From positions 13,028,655-13,092,654 of the forward strand of contig NC_134033.1 of NCBI RefSeq assembly GCF_964204645.1: 64,000 nucleotides of DNA, in the 5' to 3' direction. Source of the DNA: Tubulanus polymorphus (taxonomy: Eukaryota > Animalia > Nemertea). Below are positions 25,138-38,802 of this stretch, piece after piece (within the stretch, counting starts at the first letter, position 1; each line of letters opens with the position of its first letter). Made by a program: the position numbers and the translations under genes. The notes below the pieces were generated by a model. The model was not told where the DNA came from. It saw only the letters and a program-made list of their open reading frames with translations, and did no database searches.

Positions 25138-25470
25138 GGCCAATGGCCAGACTCTTACTATAGGTTATTGTCTCAGCCAATCAGCATTCCCAAAATAATT
25201 ATTGACCAATAAGCATCAATGCCTTATTGGCCAATCAGAATTATTTTTTCTGGCCCTAACTATGCATTCTTAGCCAATCAGCATTCCCAAAACACTTATT
25301 GACCAATGAGCATCAATGCCTTATTGGCCAATCAGTATTCTCATCCTACTGTTTTGGCCAATCTTTGTTGCTAATTCTATCAACGAAAACTATTTGTGAA
25401 TGTTTCCAACTGCATTCTGTACTCCAAGAACTCCAAGAAAGTGTAATGATCATTTGGCCAATCAGCGCTC
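25138..25470. repeat. CCAAT-rich tandem duplication (unit about 97 bp)
   Basis: agccaatcagcattcccaaaa...ttattgaccaat.agcatcaatgccttattggccaatcag occurs twice; about 9 CCAAT motifs in 330 bp. Confidence 0.75.
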
Positions 25471-28400
25471 TCTTCTGCTAATCGGAAATTAGAATATAGG
25501 CCTAGTCAATGTTGGGCGATTCGCAGATTTTATCTTTTAAAAAAGTCAGACAACTAAAGTGCTAGATTGTTCACGCTGGCAGCAAATGGCGGGTCGGTTT
25601 TCTGTCCCATATCGACTATTCAGTTGGCTATACGCGTGTAGATCGGTGATATTTTCCGATGGCAATTATTATCACGTCGGTATGAAAATTGCTTCGTAAA
25701 TCACGGATTGCGAAATGTTGTCTGTCGCTGTCATAAACCAAGACGTTTTTTTTTTTGTTTTTTTACGGTTTACACTCGACGAAAAAGGTCTTATTTTCTT
25801 TTAGAGTGAGCAGAAAAAAGGTCTGGGTTCCTACAGCCGCTAAAATTCCTCAAATAATTAGGAAGCTATACCCTGAAATTCTGGCTTTTACCCCTCAGGC
25901 CCCTGAAGTACCCCTAAAATTCTAGAAATCATGTCTGTAAAATAGAGAATAAGAGTTTCAAATTTTATCCCACCTCATTTCCAAGAGTTTCAAATTTTAT
26001 CCCACCTCATTTCCGATTAAAGCCACCCTTAGGCAAATGTTTTTGGTCCATGCCAAATTAGGCCCGGATCAAGCGTTAACTTTGGTACCAAAATAAAGGT
26101 CGAAGCAATAGAAAAGATCTCGACCGACCATTGGCGTTGCATATGTATGGTGTATGTATTACAACTGGTGCCAGTCACGAGACGACAATCCCGAGGCGTT
26201 TCTTAGATTTACAACGTGCATTAAAATCTACGCAGTAAGAAATTGTGATCGCAGTGCATGAAATTTATTCCATTCGCGATGCTGCAGCGCGCTGTCTCAC
26301 TTTTTTGCGAGGATCGTTTTCTGAATTCAAATTACCTGCCGATAGTGAGAGACAGAGTGGGGGAAAACAGGGGGGGACTTGACTGCCAATTGATTGTACA
26401 GTAGAATCCGCTTAATTCAGATAATTTCTTACTTATCTACCGGTTTAAAAGTCATTTTCTTGTATATCGATGAATAAAAGTTACGTCCATCTGGGAACTA
26501 TTTAGATATTTCACGAAATATGTGAATAACATGGAGCAAAATATCCGAGCTCAAAGTGAAAAGAACGGTATGCGCTTCTGTACTTATGAGGTTAGTTATG
26601 ATAAATTTAATTCATGCCGCTCCGGGTTAGGATTGGGGAGCACATCTTTTCATAATAATTTTAGAATTAAGTTTTTTTCCAGTGCAAAACTCAAGGGCGA
26701 CTTATTCAGACAGTGTGGAGTAGATTAACATGTTTTTTCTTTAAATTTTGCTGCCTGGTTCTGGTTGGGTGGCATCATCTAGGGCGTAAAGACTATCGAG
26801 ATTTATAAAGCTCGCGAGCTCATGCCGAGAATGATGGCAACTACTTGAAATATTGATTCGATTAATCTCGTTTGAACTAGCTATTTTCGAGTCTGCAAAC
26901 GTCAAGTGGCTTAATCGAATCGCGAGCAAAAAACGGTAACCTTGACGGCGGCGGTGCCCATGACCCGTCGCGCGGACGACACCGACTGCGTAGAATTTTA
27001 ATCATTTGAATTATGTTTTCAATTTCTGTGATAATAATAGCGCGCTGATATGCCGCGCGGAGAGGAAATTATCATCAGATGCTGGTGATAATTCGTTCGG
27101 AGAAGTCTGCATTTTTGTCATCATTTCAACAGTAATTCAAGGACTTTGAAACTAAGTCGGATAAGGTCGAATAATTTAGAGATTAGTGTACATACGAATT
27201 AAGCGGTTACAGTTGTAAGACCCTTGGATAGTATCTATGATATCATAAGACCATCCGTAATAGCCTCGGGCCAGTTTTGCCATCGAGATTTAAGTTTTGA
27301 AGTTGGCTTAACTCTTTAGACTGGTCCCAACTTGTTAGATCGGCTTTAGAACTTAGGTGGTCTTAAACTTGTTTTAAATGAAAGCCATAACTATCTTACT
27401 GGGCCTCGGGGATCATTTCCTGGACCAGACTGGGTTTCATACTGTGATAATCTTTTTGCTTACATCAGGCTCTAGAGGGTGGTTCATGTAGTGATATCTG
27501 GTAGTTTTGTGCCACGGCAAAATAATCAAACTTGTGCACAATAAATTCTACAGTTATTAGAGCCAGTTACTGGATGCCGTGACCTTAGGGTGAAAGTGTA
27601 AGATGGGAATAGAACCATGATGGTCGTCTTAGATCTAAGCCCTGACTATACAAATAGTTTAAATTCCACGACATGAACTGGCTCCTATCTGCAGGGTTTC
27701 ATAAATGTGCTCTAAGGAAATAGCATGGACTATCCCCTGAGAATGACCTGAGAAATATTTTGTAGAAATTTTCTAACCAAATGCGTAATTTCAACTATCA
27801 TTAATGTATGAATTCAGTTGCGGTCATTCTCTGGATATAGCCACCTTTTTTTCTGTGCGTTGTGTTGATTTTTTTTTCGATTACCTTCATTGCCTAAAAC
27901 AATGACAACATTGAGGGAAAGAAAAAAGCAAAGGATTATTCAGAGTGTTAAAAGCTGGAAAAAACAAAATAGTTACTCATGAATAGATGGCAACCTGCTC
28001 ATTCATTATAGATGTGAAAATTCTGTAAGCGTTATGCCTATTGGTCTTACAACATACACGGGAAAGAAAATAGATTAAAAGATAGTGTACAATTTGAAAA
28101 GAAAAAGAAGTAATATAGCTGCAAAGCAGCGATAACAAGTTTTCTGTGAAGTAACAGAAGACCCTAGATACACTGAAAGCCATTCGGTATAGATGTGATT
28201 TTAAAGTTGGGCACTTAGAAAATAACCATGGAAATACATATTTTCTCTTACAATAAGAAAGTGATTATAAATGAAAAAAACGAGTAGAAATGATATGTTG
28301 AGTTCTACTGAAAATGGAGTCGCTTTTTAAATGAAGCCCATTTTAACTATGAAGCTTGGGCCTGGAACTGATTCAATGGGATACTGGTAACACCATATGG

Positions 28401-28964
28401 CGCAACATAACATTGAATTTTCTTCGTAGAGAAAGTCAGTTCATTTTCAACGAAATTTGAACTTGATTTTTAGGCCGCCAAATACAAAAATTATCAAACA
28501 ATAGTCATTGGATAGATATAAAGTTCCCGCTCAGTGTGGTATAGATTTCCCCGAAAATTGACAGATTTGAATTTACGAATTTTGATCTAATGTAGAAGGA
28601 AATTGAAGCGTGGTACCCGGTAACCACTAGCGATCCTGGCGGAATCCTCGCTTGCCACAGGCGCTGTTAGCGTTGCCAGTCCTCCTCTGACATTACGACG
28701 TATGGTATTCTAATTCGTCTATCCGGTGTACGTAGGCAATACGAGTCTTAACCGCTCTAGACGAGGTCCACCGTGGCCTCGACGAGCGAGTTATTTTTTG
28801 CGCGCTTGAAAATTGATTCCGCCGTTAATCAGCGACGGCGGCCGCGGCGGACAGAAACCGGGAAGGACGTCTTGTCGTTTCGCGGACGAAAATTATCGAC
28901 AAGTCGATGAGGTCGAAATTAACTTTGACAGCACAATTTACATGCTATTAATATGTAATGACCA

Positions 28965-28965
<1 letters not shown>

Positions 28966-29037
<72 letters not shown>

Positions 29038-29112
29038 CTCTCTCTCCCTCCCTCCCTCCCTCTCCTCCCTCCCTCCCTCCCTCTCCTCCTCCTCTCTCCC
29101 TCCCTCTCCCCA

Positions 29113-29207
<95 letters not shown>
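28966..29207. repeat. Compound microsatellite (CT)n / CCCT-rich / (AT)n
   Basis: Directly visible. Confidence 0.98.
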
Positions 29208-29211
<4 letters not shown>

Positions 29212-30289
29212 AAAAAAAAACCGGCAGTATGTGTGCACTTGTATCCACAGAATATATTCATGAGATTCGATGAAAGGTTGTCTAGATTTAAATTAATCCT
29301 AATAAGGAATTGTTGATTCCCGGGGCCCGGTCGCCTGGTTGTGGCATAAGTCAAAAAGACATCCTAAATCATAAGACTGGTCTCTGGTCTCAAGTTTTTA
29401 GATTAGCCACGCATGTGGTCTTAAATCTAAGCCAATTACAGAACTGTCCCCCAGGGTCCGGTTTATATTCTAGACATTCTTGTTTCGATAGGCAGTCTAA
29501 GCATTGTAAGCCGCTGCCACACAAGCGTTTTTGGCCCGTGCCAAACTGGTTGGACCCGGCCCGAGCAAAGTTTTAGCACAGGTCACTAGGAGACTCGCAC
29601 TTCCCTTTGTCATGGCATTATTTGGTATCAAGTCATCAAAGTCATCAAGTGATCCGGGCCATATATATATCTGAATGATCGCGGCTATAGAGTTAGTTAT
29701 AAGCTCTTTATGGTTACCAATTTGTGAAAATTGGCATCGTAGTATAGGCACATTTGGCTCATCCTGTTGTTTTTGTCCATTCTAAGGAATAAGGGCTCTG
29801 TGCCACCGGCTATCTTTGCGGATTGTGTGCAAAAAAATAGGTACAAGATTGAATTTCGTTCACAAAATCCATGAAATAGTCGAGTCGATGCTTGCCTCGA
29901 ATATAACCTGTCATTCGGAATGATTCGAATTTTATGCGGTAAAATTGTTTTCTCGCAGTCGCAGTCGGTTTAATCCGCGCTCGCTGTTGAGACATCACAG
30001 CGTTTACTGGATGATTGACAGCTGACGTCGGCGGCGGCGAGATTGAAATCGCTAAAAAAATATTTTCAAAACACGGCGGATATAAATCTAAGATCCGTTA
30101 TATTGCTAATTGATAATCTAGTCACTGGGAAATCTGTCTTTGACTGGTGTGACATCAGTTGTTTTTCTCTGACGTTGCAGTTGGTTTTTCCTTAATGTCT
30201 TTTCGAATTAATTTCTAAATAAATGTCTAATGCTATTCAACATTTTCAACTGATCAGCTAAAGATTAGGAAATGTAGTGGCGAGATGGA

Positions 30290-30650
30290 TCGAGGGAGTG
30301 TTGGTGAGAGGTAGAGAGGTTGGGAGGTCAGGAAGTTAGCGAGGCAGAATGAGACATGTATAGAGTAGTTGAAGGAAATTTGGCAGAGTGGACTGAGAGG
30401 GAGTGGAGAAAATGGATGAGAGGATGGACGGATCGGAGAGGGAGGTAGAGAAAGGCTGGATGATGGGAGAGTAGAAAGAGAGGTTGAGAGGGAGGTAGAG
30501 AAAGGTTGAATGACGGGAGAGTAGAAAGAGAGGTTGAGAGGGAGGTAGAGTAAGGTTGAATGACGGGAGAGAGGGCAGAAAGAGAGAGTTGGGAATCGCT
30601 GGTGAAAAGTGGAGACGGAGATGGATAAGTAGAAGAGGGTTAGGGGAAAT
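30290..30650. repeat. Polypurine low-complexity tract with a unit of about 50 bp
   Basis: gagagggaggtagagaaaggttgaatgacgggagagtagaaagagaggtt repeated about 3 times. Confidence 0.8.
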
Positions 30651-31137
30651 AATTTCCACTCATTGTTCATATATTATCCACTTGAAGGATATTTCATGTT
30701 TATTATCAATTGAATAAGTAAATTTGTTAAACACAATGAGGTGCATGCAGTTTCAACGTAAGTATTCAATCACACACGCACAGTCCATGAGTTCCTTGAG
30801 TTCATGAACTGGCATCAGCACAGACATTACGCAGATATCAGCTCAGGAGCTGTGGTGTTATGCTGTAATCATCAAAAGGTCTGTGTGGGCGTGATATGGG
30901 CGGCAGCAGTGAGTTTGAATTAATGATTAGTTGACAATTATTAAATATGGAAGTAGTCGGGTTCATTGATGAGTCGTGCAAGTTCTTAAAAGAAGTCGTG
31001 ACTGGGGTACAAAAAAGGAATTTCAAGAAACCGGCCATGCTATAAGCGATAAGGCTGAGCACGTTTTCTAAATTTGGTCATGGGTGTTTAAAGAATCTTA
31101 ATTATAACTGATTAGATAAGAGATCACCATTATTCGC

Positions 31138-31328
31138 AGATCACCAACAGTCGGTCAATACGTAGATCACCAGCAGTCGGTCAATACGTAGATCACCAGC
31201 AGTTGGTCTATACGTATTAGATCACCAGCAGTCAGTCCATTCGTAGATCACCAGTAGTCGGTCTATACGTAGATCACCAACAGTCGGTCCATTCGTTGAT
31301 CACCAGCAGTCGGTCCATTCGTAGATCA
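31138..31328. repeat. Minisatellite, 26-bp unit, about 7 copies
   Basis: gtagatcaccagcagtcggtcaatac. Confidence 0.9.
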
Positions 31329-33270
31329 TAGAAATACCACCTGAGATTTTATTGACATGAATCACGCTATACGTCGTCCTAATGACACGGTAGCTAACTT
31401 AGCGGGATGCTGCACTCCTCTGGGAGCAGTCGTTGTACGGGCTTAGCATCGCTTGTTGAGCAAATGATGAACTGTCACGATAGATGCTAGAACGCTTGGC
31501 TAACCGGCTGAGTGACTGATCAACATTCATCGCTATCCGTGATCAACAGTTAGAGAAATATGAAATTTGAAAATTTGTAGAGCCGGGGATAAGAAGTCAG
31601 GCTTGCGATTACCAGTGACGCGTGCAACGCATTTCTCTGCAACTAACAGCAACAGTCTCGGCGTAAAGATCCGTCTACCTACACGCCTTTACAACTGTCT
31701 GAAACGAGAAGCACATGTTCATCTCTTCCAGTCTCGATCAACATAATATGGCTACCGTCGAGTTGTCCCAGAGCTCCATCGAAAGCTGTCCCAGTGAAAG
31801 TGTGTGGCAAAACGTCGTAACTTATTTTAACTCTTTTACTGCGTCGATCGATGATCTGTATTCCTGTCGCGTTCGTGTCATCGCTGATGAGCTGTCTGCG
31901 ATCGTCGGTGATTTCTCATCACTCGCCGCGTGACTGACACCGATAGAAATGGATCTGATTATTTTGACTGGCACGTCGAAGATCGCGCGCGCGCGCCGAT
32001 CATCGGGGAATCGCAGCGATTGACAATACAATTATCTTTCACCTGTTTTTGAAATGTGCCGACGCGACGCAACGCCGGAGACAATTTCTAATTTTCGTAT
32101 TGCTTCAGGCGGGCGTCGTCTTCTTCATCGTCGTTGTCATCATCGTTTAGGACGGGCAGACGACTTTTATGATGGTTTACGAGTTGGAATTCGATTCGTC
32201 GATGATCGGCTGAATCCACGGCTTTAATGTCGTCGTTCGTTATCAGTTTTCAGGTTGACAAATCGAATCGACCTCGTTTGAACCCGATTCGTTGAGATTC
32301 GATTCCACGCGGGGAGAAGTTAAACTCGTAAAATTAGGTTTCAGTCTCAGTATCGATTGCTTGACCTTTACGACGAGTTAAATTCTGAAATTCAGTTTCG
32401 CTCGAAAGTTGAACCAAAAATTACCCAGTTACGTCAAGTGCTCAATTTGCAAGTCACGGAATTTTCTTTAACTTGAAATAAAGTCGGGAAACCTGAACAT
32501 CACGGAAAAGTCAGGGAAATTTGTTAAGATTGCCAGATCGCGCATAAAATCAAATATCTATGTTTTATGTATTTGACTATGTTAATTGATTCGATTCTAA
32601 GCAGATCAGGGCGGGGAAAACAACAGTCAAATTAAAGTTGCCACCCTGATCTCTGATGATAACAATTATCCTTCTACAAAGGTAATCAAAGCAATATTTT
32701 CTAGGGTCACAACTTTTAGAGCAATGCTAGTGGCAATCTGCAGTCAGGAACCTTCATAACATTCATTCATCATCATAGTGTGTGCTGATCAAATTACTAA
32801 CATTGAAGTTATGATATCATCAGTTTTGGGACTGTTCATTATCGACGAATGTTTGGTTGTTGTAGTTCATTTTCAATTAGATACGTCTTCGACGAGTTTT
32901 CTTCAACACTGGTGATAAAAAAGACACTGTCAATTGAGTGTCAAACATTTCTTGCAATTGACAAACGGCCGGGCGTTCGGCGCCTGCGTATAAATTATTG
33001 AGTTATTGAAGTGAAATGCGGTGCTCGGTTTAGGTATTTACGCATAAGGAATCCGTATACATCAAGTAAAATCGAATCATCGAATCTACGCGCCGCTGCG
33101 TATACATTACAACTAAATAATAATATCAAATTCATTTGAAATTACGACTAAACGTGTTCTACTCATCATCTCGACGCTGTTGACACTGATAATGTTGCCT
33201 GGCAACGCCGTGTATAAAAGCACATGTTTTTGCTCGATTGAATTTGTTCTCAAATTTCTCGTCGTTAGCA

Positions 33271-33432
33271 GAATTCTACTGCCGCTCGCTGTCTGCTGAA
33301 TACTCGTGCCGCTCGCTGTCTGCTGAATTCTGCTGCCGCTCGCTGTCTGCTGAATTCTGCTGCCGCTCGATGTCTGCTGAATTCTGCTGCCGCTCGCTGT
33401 CTGCTGAATTCTGCCGCCCCTCGCTGTCTGCC
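33271..33432. repeat. Minisatellite, 27-bp unit, 6 copies
   Basis: gaattctgctgccgctcgctgtctgct. Confidence 0.92.
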
Positions 33433-34260
33433 CACTGACAGCGGTATCTTAGAATACCTCATACCCCATTCGGTTGTCAGTCCCATGAAGTATGAGTTAT
33501 AGGATCATTGAATGAAAATGAGCTAAGAGCTCAGTGCAGTCTGCATTAGCTACTGCTCCAGTATTTGGTTACAGAATCACAATGAGCTAAGAGATCAGTG
33601 CCGTCTCCACTAGCTACTGCTCCTGTATTTGGTTATAGAATCAAACTGAGCTAATAGCTCAGCCCCGTCGTCATTTACAACTGCTCCTCTGTTTTGTGAA
33701 AGGATAGAAATAAGTAAAGAGCTACGATCCTCACTTACAACGACTCCTGGGTTTGGTTGTAGGAGCGAAAAAGGTATCTGTTCAAGTCTTCAACCGAGCT
33801 GTTACTTTTTAAATGTTTTTACAAGATGAGCCGAGAAAACCAAGTTTTAAACGTCAACATTTAACCTTGTGAGTGAACTCGTAATTCAGTCTAAATACTC
33901 ATAGATTCTGGTTTGGATTTTTAAAATCTCGAGTGCCTGGTATTCGGTATGCGTGCGGGCAGGTATAATGTATGCCAATTACGTGTTAAAAACATTACTA
34001 AACCTTCACTTATTTCCATAATAAACTTCATGTCTATAATGACAGGCGAACTAAACTCTCTCTTGAGTTTGATGTATATATAACTTGTGAAAAAAGAAAA
34101 TCCCCACTTGAAAAACCTAGTCGGAAAAGATGGTAGCGTTGTTTCCAGAATCTGACCTGGTTTTAGTCATAACTTCTTGGTTATGATGTTACTGGTTTGA
34201 GAATTAGTGAAGTGCTAGCGTAAAGAAATAATTAACTTAACCTAGCAGGAAGCTAAACCA

Positions 34261-34328
34261 CTGAGACCGGGACTGGAACCTCGCACTGCTCGCCTGCCAG
34301 GCGATTGCTCTACCATCTGAGCTATGGG
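34261..34328 (-). mobile_element. tRNA-derived SINE head or tRNA pseudogene
   Basis: The minus strand reads TAGCTCAGATGGTAGAGCA (A box/D arm), TCGC-CTGGCAG-GCGA (anticodon-like arm), GGTTCCAGTCC (degenerate B box). There is no acceptor stem. Confidence 0.6.
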
Positions 34329-34549
34329 TGGGGGGGGGGTTACTGTACCCTAGAATTTTGAGGATAAGAAAACAGAAAATGAGCACATCCCGGGCCATGT
34401 CATGAAAGTTACGCAAATAAGGGCGAATGAATTGGTGATGTGAGGCCCTTCCGGGAATTATTCACGGGCACTGTATTTCTAGACTGTCGCCCGCACACTC
34501 TGGGTCTGCTCCTAAAAAAAACGAGTGATTATTCAATTGAAAAACTTAC

Positions 34550-34853
34550 CGTTGAATATTTCGACGGTCATTCCGACTGGCATTACCAGTATCGACACGA
34601 GAAAATCGGCGATCGCCAACGACATCAGGAAATAGTTGGTCATGTTTTGCAGACGACGTTCCCAGCAGACGGCCAGACAAACGAGTATATTCCCGAGAGC
34701 GGTAAACACGATGAAGATCGATAGCGATAACATGCCCCATTTCAGGGGCGGCCGGGCGTCGTCGTCGTCGGCGTCATCGGTCGAGTCGGCGGATAGATTC
34801 CAGATACTGTGATTAACATGGCTCGTTAAGTTTAGATAATCATCAAAGTTCAT
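34550..34853 (-). CDS. HTR2: 5-HT2-type serotonin receptor, coding exon 1 (N-terminus, TM1-TM2)
   Basis: MNFDDYLNLT... with three N-glycosylation sequons, GNILVCLAV, ERRLQNMTNYFLMSLAIADFLVSILVMP; phase-1 donor G|GTAAGT at 34550/34549. Confidence 0.9.
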
Positions 34854-37800
34854 TCTCGGACGACGAAACAAGCGCGGAAATTATCCATGCATCGGATGTG
34901 GGCGCGCGTGCGGTGCGTGTGCCATTTGAGGGTCGTATCTCAATAGATGATCGATTGTTTTCAGTACTAATGATTAATCCTTTTCTTGAGAGATTTTTTC
35001 AGCAATTTCTTCTTTTTTTCGTTCTGAAGAGTTCACTAGCTTAGGTGGAAGGAGGTAAATCCTGTTTTTTTTTTTTTTTAGGATTTTGTTAGCAATTTCT
35101 ACTTTGTTTTGCGTAATGAAGAGCTATTGCGCACTAGGCTAGGTTGAAGGTGATTATTCATTCAGATGATTATGATTAATCCGTATTTTGAGTAATTTTT
35201 CGTAGCAGTTTGGAGCAAAATTTATTTTTATTTGTGGTAGATGAAAGCCTATCGCCAGACGGTGTGAATGAAGGTAATTATACTATATTCGGATGCGAAA
35301 GTGACCACTATAGCCGGGGCGGTTTTTTTTTGCGGCGAGTCGATGTTTTTCTTCAGATGTTTTTCTTCAGATTCCGAGAAAAACCTTTTCCTCGCTTAAT
35401 TCGTGACAAATCTTTTATTTATTTATTTTTTCATGTTCTACCGGCGCTGCTGATATTGTTGTCGACGACGACGACAACGTTTTCGCGATCGATCAATTGT
35501 CAGCCGCCGGATTACGAGACGTCGACACTTCGACGCGTCAAATATATGTGAATAATTCACGTTGTCATCGTCTGCGGCAGTCGTTGCAAAACGGACGTTG
35601 TTGTCGTCGTCTCGTGAAATTGATCGTTCAACCACAGCCGCGTCAGTTATTCCGTCAACTGAAAAATCGTGATGTTTTTTTCTTCTTACCGGAATCGGAA
35701 TCGGATGAATCGTACTTTATTCACACTGCATAGTTTTAAAGAATCGATATAGATCCGTATCGAGCTTATCCTGAACCGGGTTTCATTTGCTCTACGGTCT
35801 AGACTTTGCTTTGAATATTGATGTCAAATTTGATCACTGGTTTGTGTAGACTAAGTTAACACTTTTAGAAAACGTAGACGACATGAAAATCCGCTGGTCG
35901 CATTTACGCGTTATAGATCCAGATCGGCTACAGGGTTTCAGTCGCACTAAGTTAGCACTTTAAGAATACGTAGCGTATCTAAAACCGGAGTTAGCTAGTC
36001 GCGATTATTGTAGATCCGGATTGGCTAGTGATGAGCTTATCCCAAACGTGGTTATATTTCTGAGCTTTGAATATAGATGTAGGATTGAAGCACTGATTCG
36101 CGTACACTTATTAAGCACTTAGACCATATGTAGACGGACTATTCTGAATCCAATAAGCTTGTTGCATTAATCCGCTGTATTCTATTCCAAAAAGCGCTGC
36201 ATGATTTTACCGTTGCTTTCCGTGCCGGGTATGAAACTTTTCAACCAGGTGGATTTTGCTAGTTATGTTGTCATTGGTAATGACAGTGAAAGTCATTGTT
36301 GTCCTCGCTGTAAATGTTGTTACCATTGTCAATTGCAAGGATTTGGCTAGGGTCCTGAGTATGTTGGAAACTTAAATCAATCGCTAGGTAGAAGATGGGT
36401 TATCAATTTTAGGCAGCACTGATAGGATTCCGAATTTAAAGTATCGCTTGGCATACAAATAGCTGCAGAGAGTGTTGTCATGGTTTGTGGTATAACTTGT
36501 GTCATTGTGTTTTATTGAAACGCATTGCTAAGTTTCCTTTTGATGGTTGGCTCTAATCTGAAATCATAAAAAAGAGGACAAATGATTAACATGGCGCCAA
36601 ACTGAAGAACTTGGCTTCAAATGTGATAACCCTAGAATTTCAACAAAGTTCAAACTGATGTAAATGGAAGAAATTTAGAATGTCATCCTTGTTCTTTGGA
36701 TTATAAATGACATCACAAACAATCTGTGTGCTACAATTGTGTAGATACTGAGAATAGTACTTTATTTCTGGATGGTATTATCAGCAAGTAATTTTGAGTT
36801 AAAAATGGGATGGGCAGTACATATATAGAATCTACTGGTTCAGAAAGTCTTATTTTATTTCCGCCAGAATTAAACATTACATTCGGAAGCTATTAGTAGG
36901 CAAATTTCGATGAGACGTACACTTTATGATCACTAGCTGGTTGGAAAAGGAACAAGATGAGAATAACAATAGGGTTTTCTGGGAAGTAGCAGAAAACCCT
37001 AATAGATATTTCTGCTGAATCTGAACTGATACGTCAGGTAAAATTGAATGACTTTAAATAGACTGAGTTGAATGACTTTGAATAGATTTAAGTTCAATGT
37101 GACGAAATGTGGAATTGAGTTAATTCCTATTAGTAAGCCACAGATGCCGTGAATACATCTGAGACTGTAATACATCGAAGCGCTCCGAGAAGTAAAACTG
37201 CGGCGATGTTCTCAAATTCGCTGAAAATTCCTGTAACGTCGCGATAAGGCGTTTTTAATGGTCGATCGCCAGGAAACTTAATGACCAATAAAACCCATCA
37301 TCTCTATTCCTTCCCCTCTGCCCTCTCTCTTTCAGTGCAATAAATTGACTGAAGCAAAATGATATCAGATTATATTGCGATATGGTTAAATGAATGAAAG
37401 TCTTACCGATGATAAAAACTTCTACATTCCGAAGCTCTGTTTGAACACTATATGTCGTTTAAAAAATGCTTTAAAATGTTCTGATCCTGATTGATACCAA
37501 TTCTGTTAAAGATAGGAACATACTCTATGCGTAGTAATTTCGTAGCAGCTTGTCCTCCTATTGCGTTCATGTTAGCATGTGTTTTAAAGAGATAATTCAT
37601 GTCGTCGGGTTAGGTTTTCTGAACATCTGGTTATCTCTGCCTTAAATGAGCTATAGCTTTGAGCAGCTGTCGCCATATGAAGAACTTTGTTCCAATCTCA
37701 GGGAGGGGTCTCCCCATTCTCTCTTTAACTGCTTTCATAATTTCCCCATAAACGCTTATCAAGGTGACATTGGTTTATCGATTGCACGGTCGTGACTCAA

Positions 37801-38802
37801 CCTGTGAAACAGTCGCGAATCTGTCTAGAAAAACTGCCTACAAAAATACCGAATATCCCTTTGGGATAAAGGCGTGATGCTGTTGCATTTACTATCATTG
37901 CTGAGGGACAAGTGAGTTCGAGTCCTGGCTGTTTACAGTGTGCGGGCAACACGTCAAAGGCCGTTCCGTCATGACGTTCAGTAATCCAAACGGTTGAGTC
38001 TTGGAAGACCCGAGATCCGAATGACGGAAAGCAAGAAACAAACAGAAGTGACGATCGTGTATAAAATTCCACGCGATCAATGAAAAATAAATTTCAAAAT
38101 GATTCCTTGTGCTTAAAGTTTATTTGATAAACTATTAGCACGAGGAAACATCTCGGACTTAACTTTTCATTCTCAGTTCGTGATTTCCTACATTATCGAG
38201 ATATTAAATGGCTTGCGGCGCTTTCATGAAAGAAATTGCAGCAAATTTTGTCGTCATCAAATAAGTGTCATTTCTAGTAATATACGCCCTGCATTTTATA
38301 AGTCAAACCATGACCCGGATTGAACCTGTCACCAGCGATGTGCCAACTAGAGGCGCTCTCAAATTTCCTTGACCTTCAAGTTTATTGGGTTCGTGTTTCG
38401 GGTAAAATAGCAATTACGGGCTTCCATCATTGGTAATAATGTTACTATGATGAATTGCTTTATGGAATTAATAAATAACTCAATAATTGAAGCTGGAAGA
38501 ACGAATGTCGTAATGGAATTCAATAACAGGCGAGTGTCCACCGCATGAAGGCGCTGTGAGTGATTTATGTAAATCCGAAAATCTGATGGGCCAAGTTCAT
38601 GGCTTGTTACTCCCCGACGGTCGCTGTCAAAAATTTGGGTTCTGCGCAATATTTTGCCTTGGATCGAGCGGAATGATCTTCGGTAATGATAGTACGATGA
38701 TTGCTCTGCAGGGTTTTGCAATCATAATATCTTCATCCGACTCCGGGGAAGACGTAACAACCTTACTCTAGTTCTTTCCTCAACTCACTGATTGCGTTAA
38801 TA

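Noticed and set aside
28813-29354. Low-complexity ORFs (SL/YI/ER repeats), likewise at 30254-30670, 40072-40656, 42562-42909 and 33238-33486
   Set aside because: These are translations of micro- and minisatellites.
34261-34328. Functional tRNA-Ala(GGC)
   Set aside because: The acceptor stem is missing and the T-loop is degenerate; better explained as a SINE head or pseudogene.
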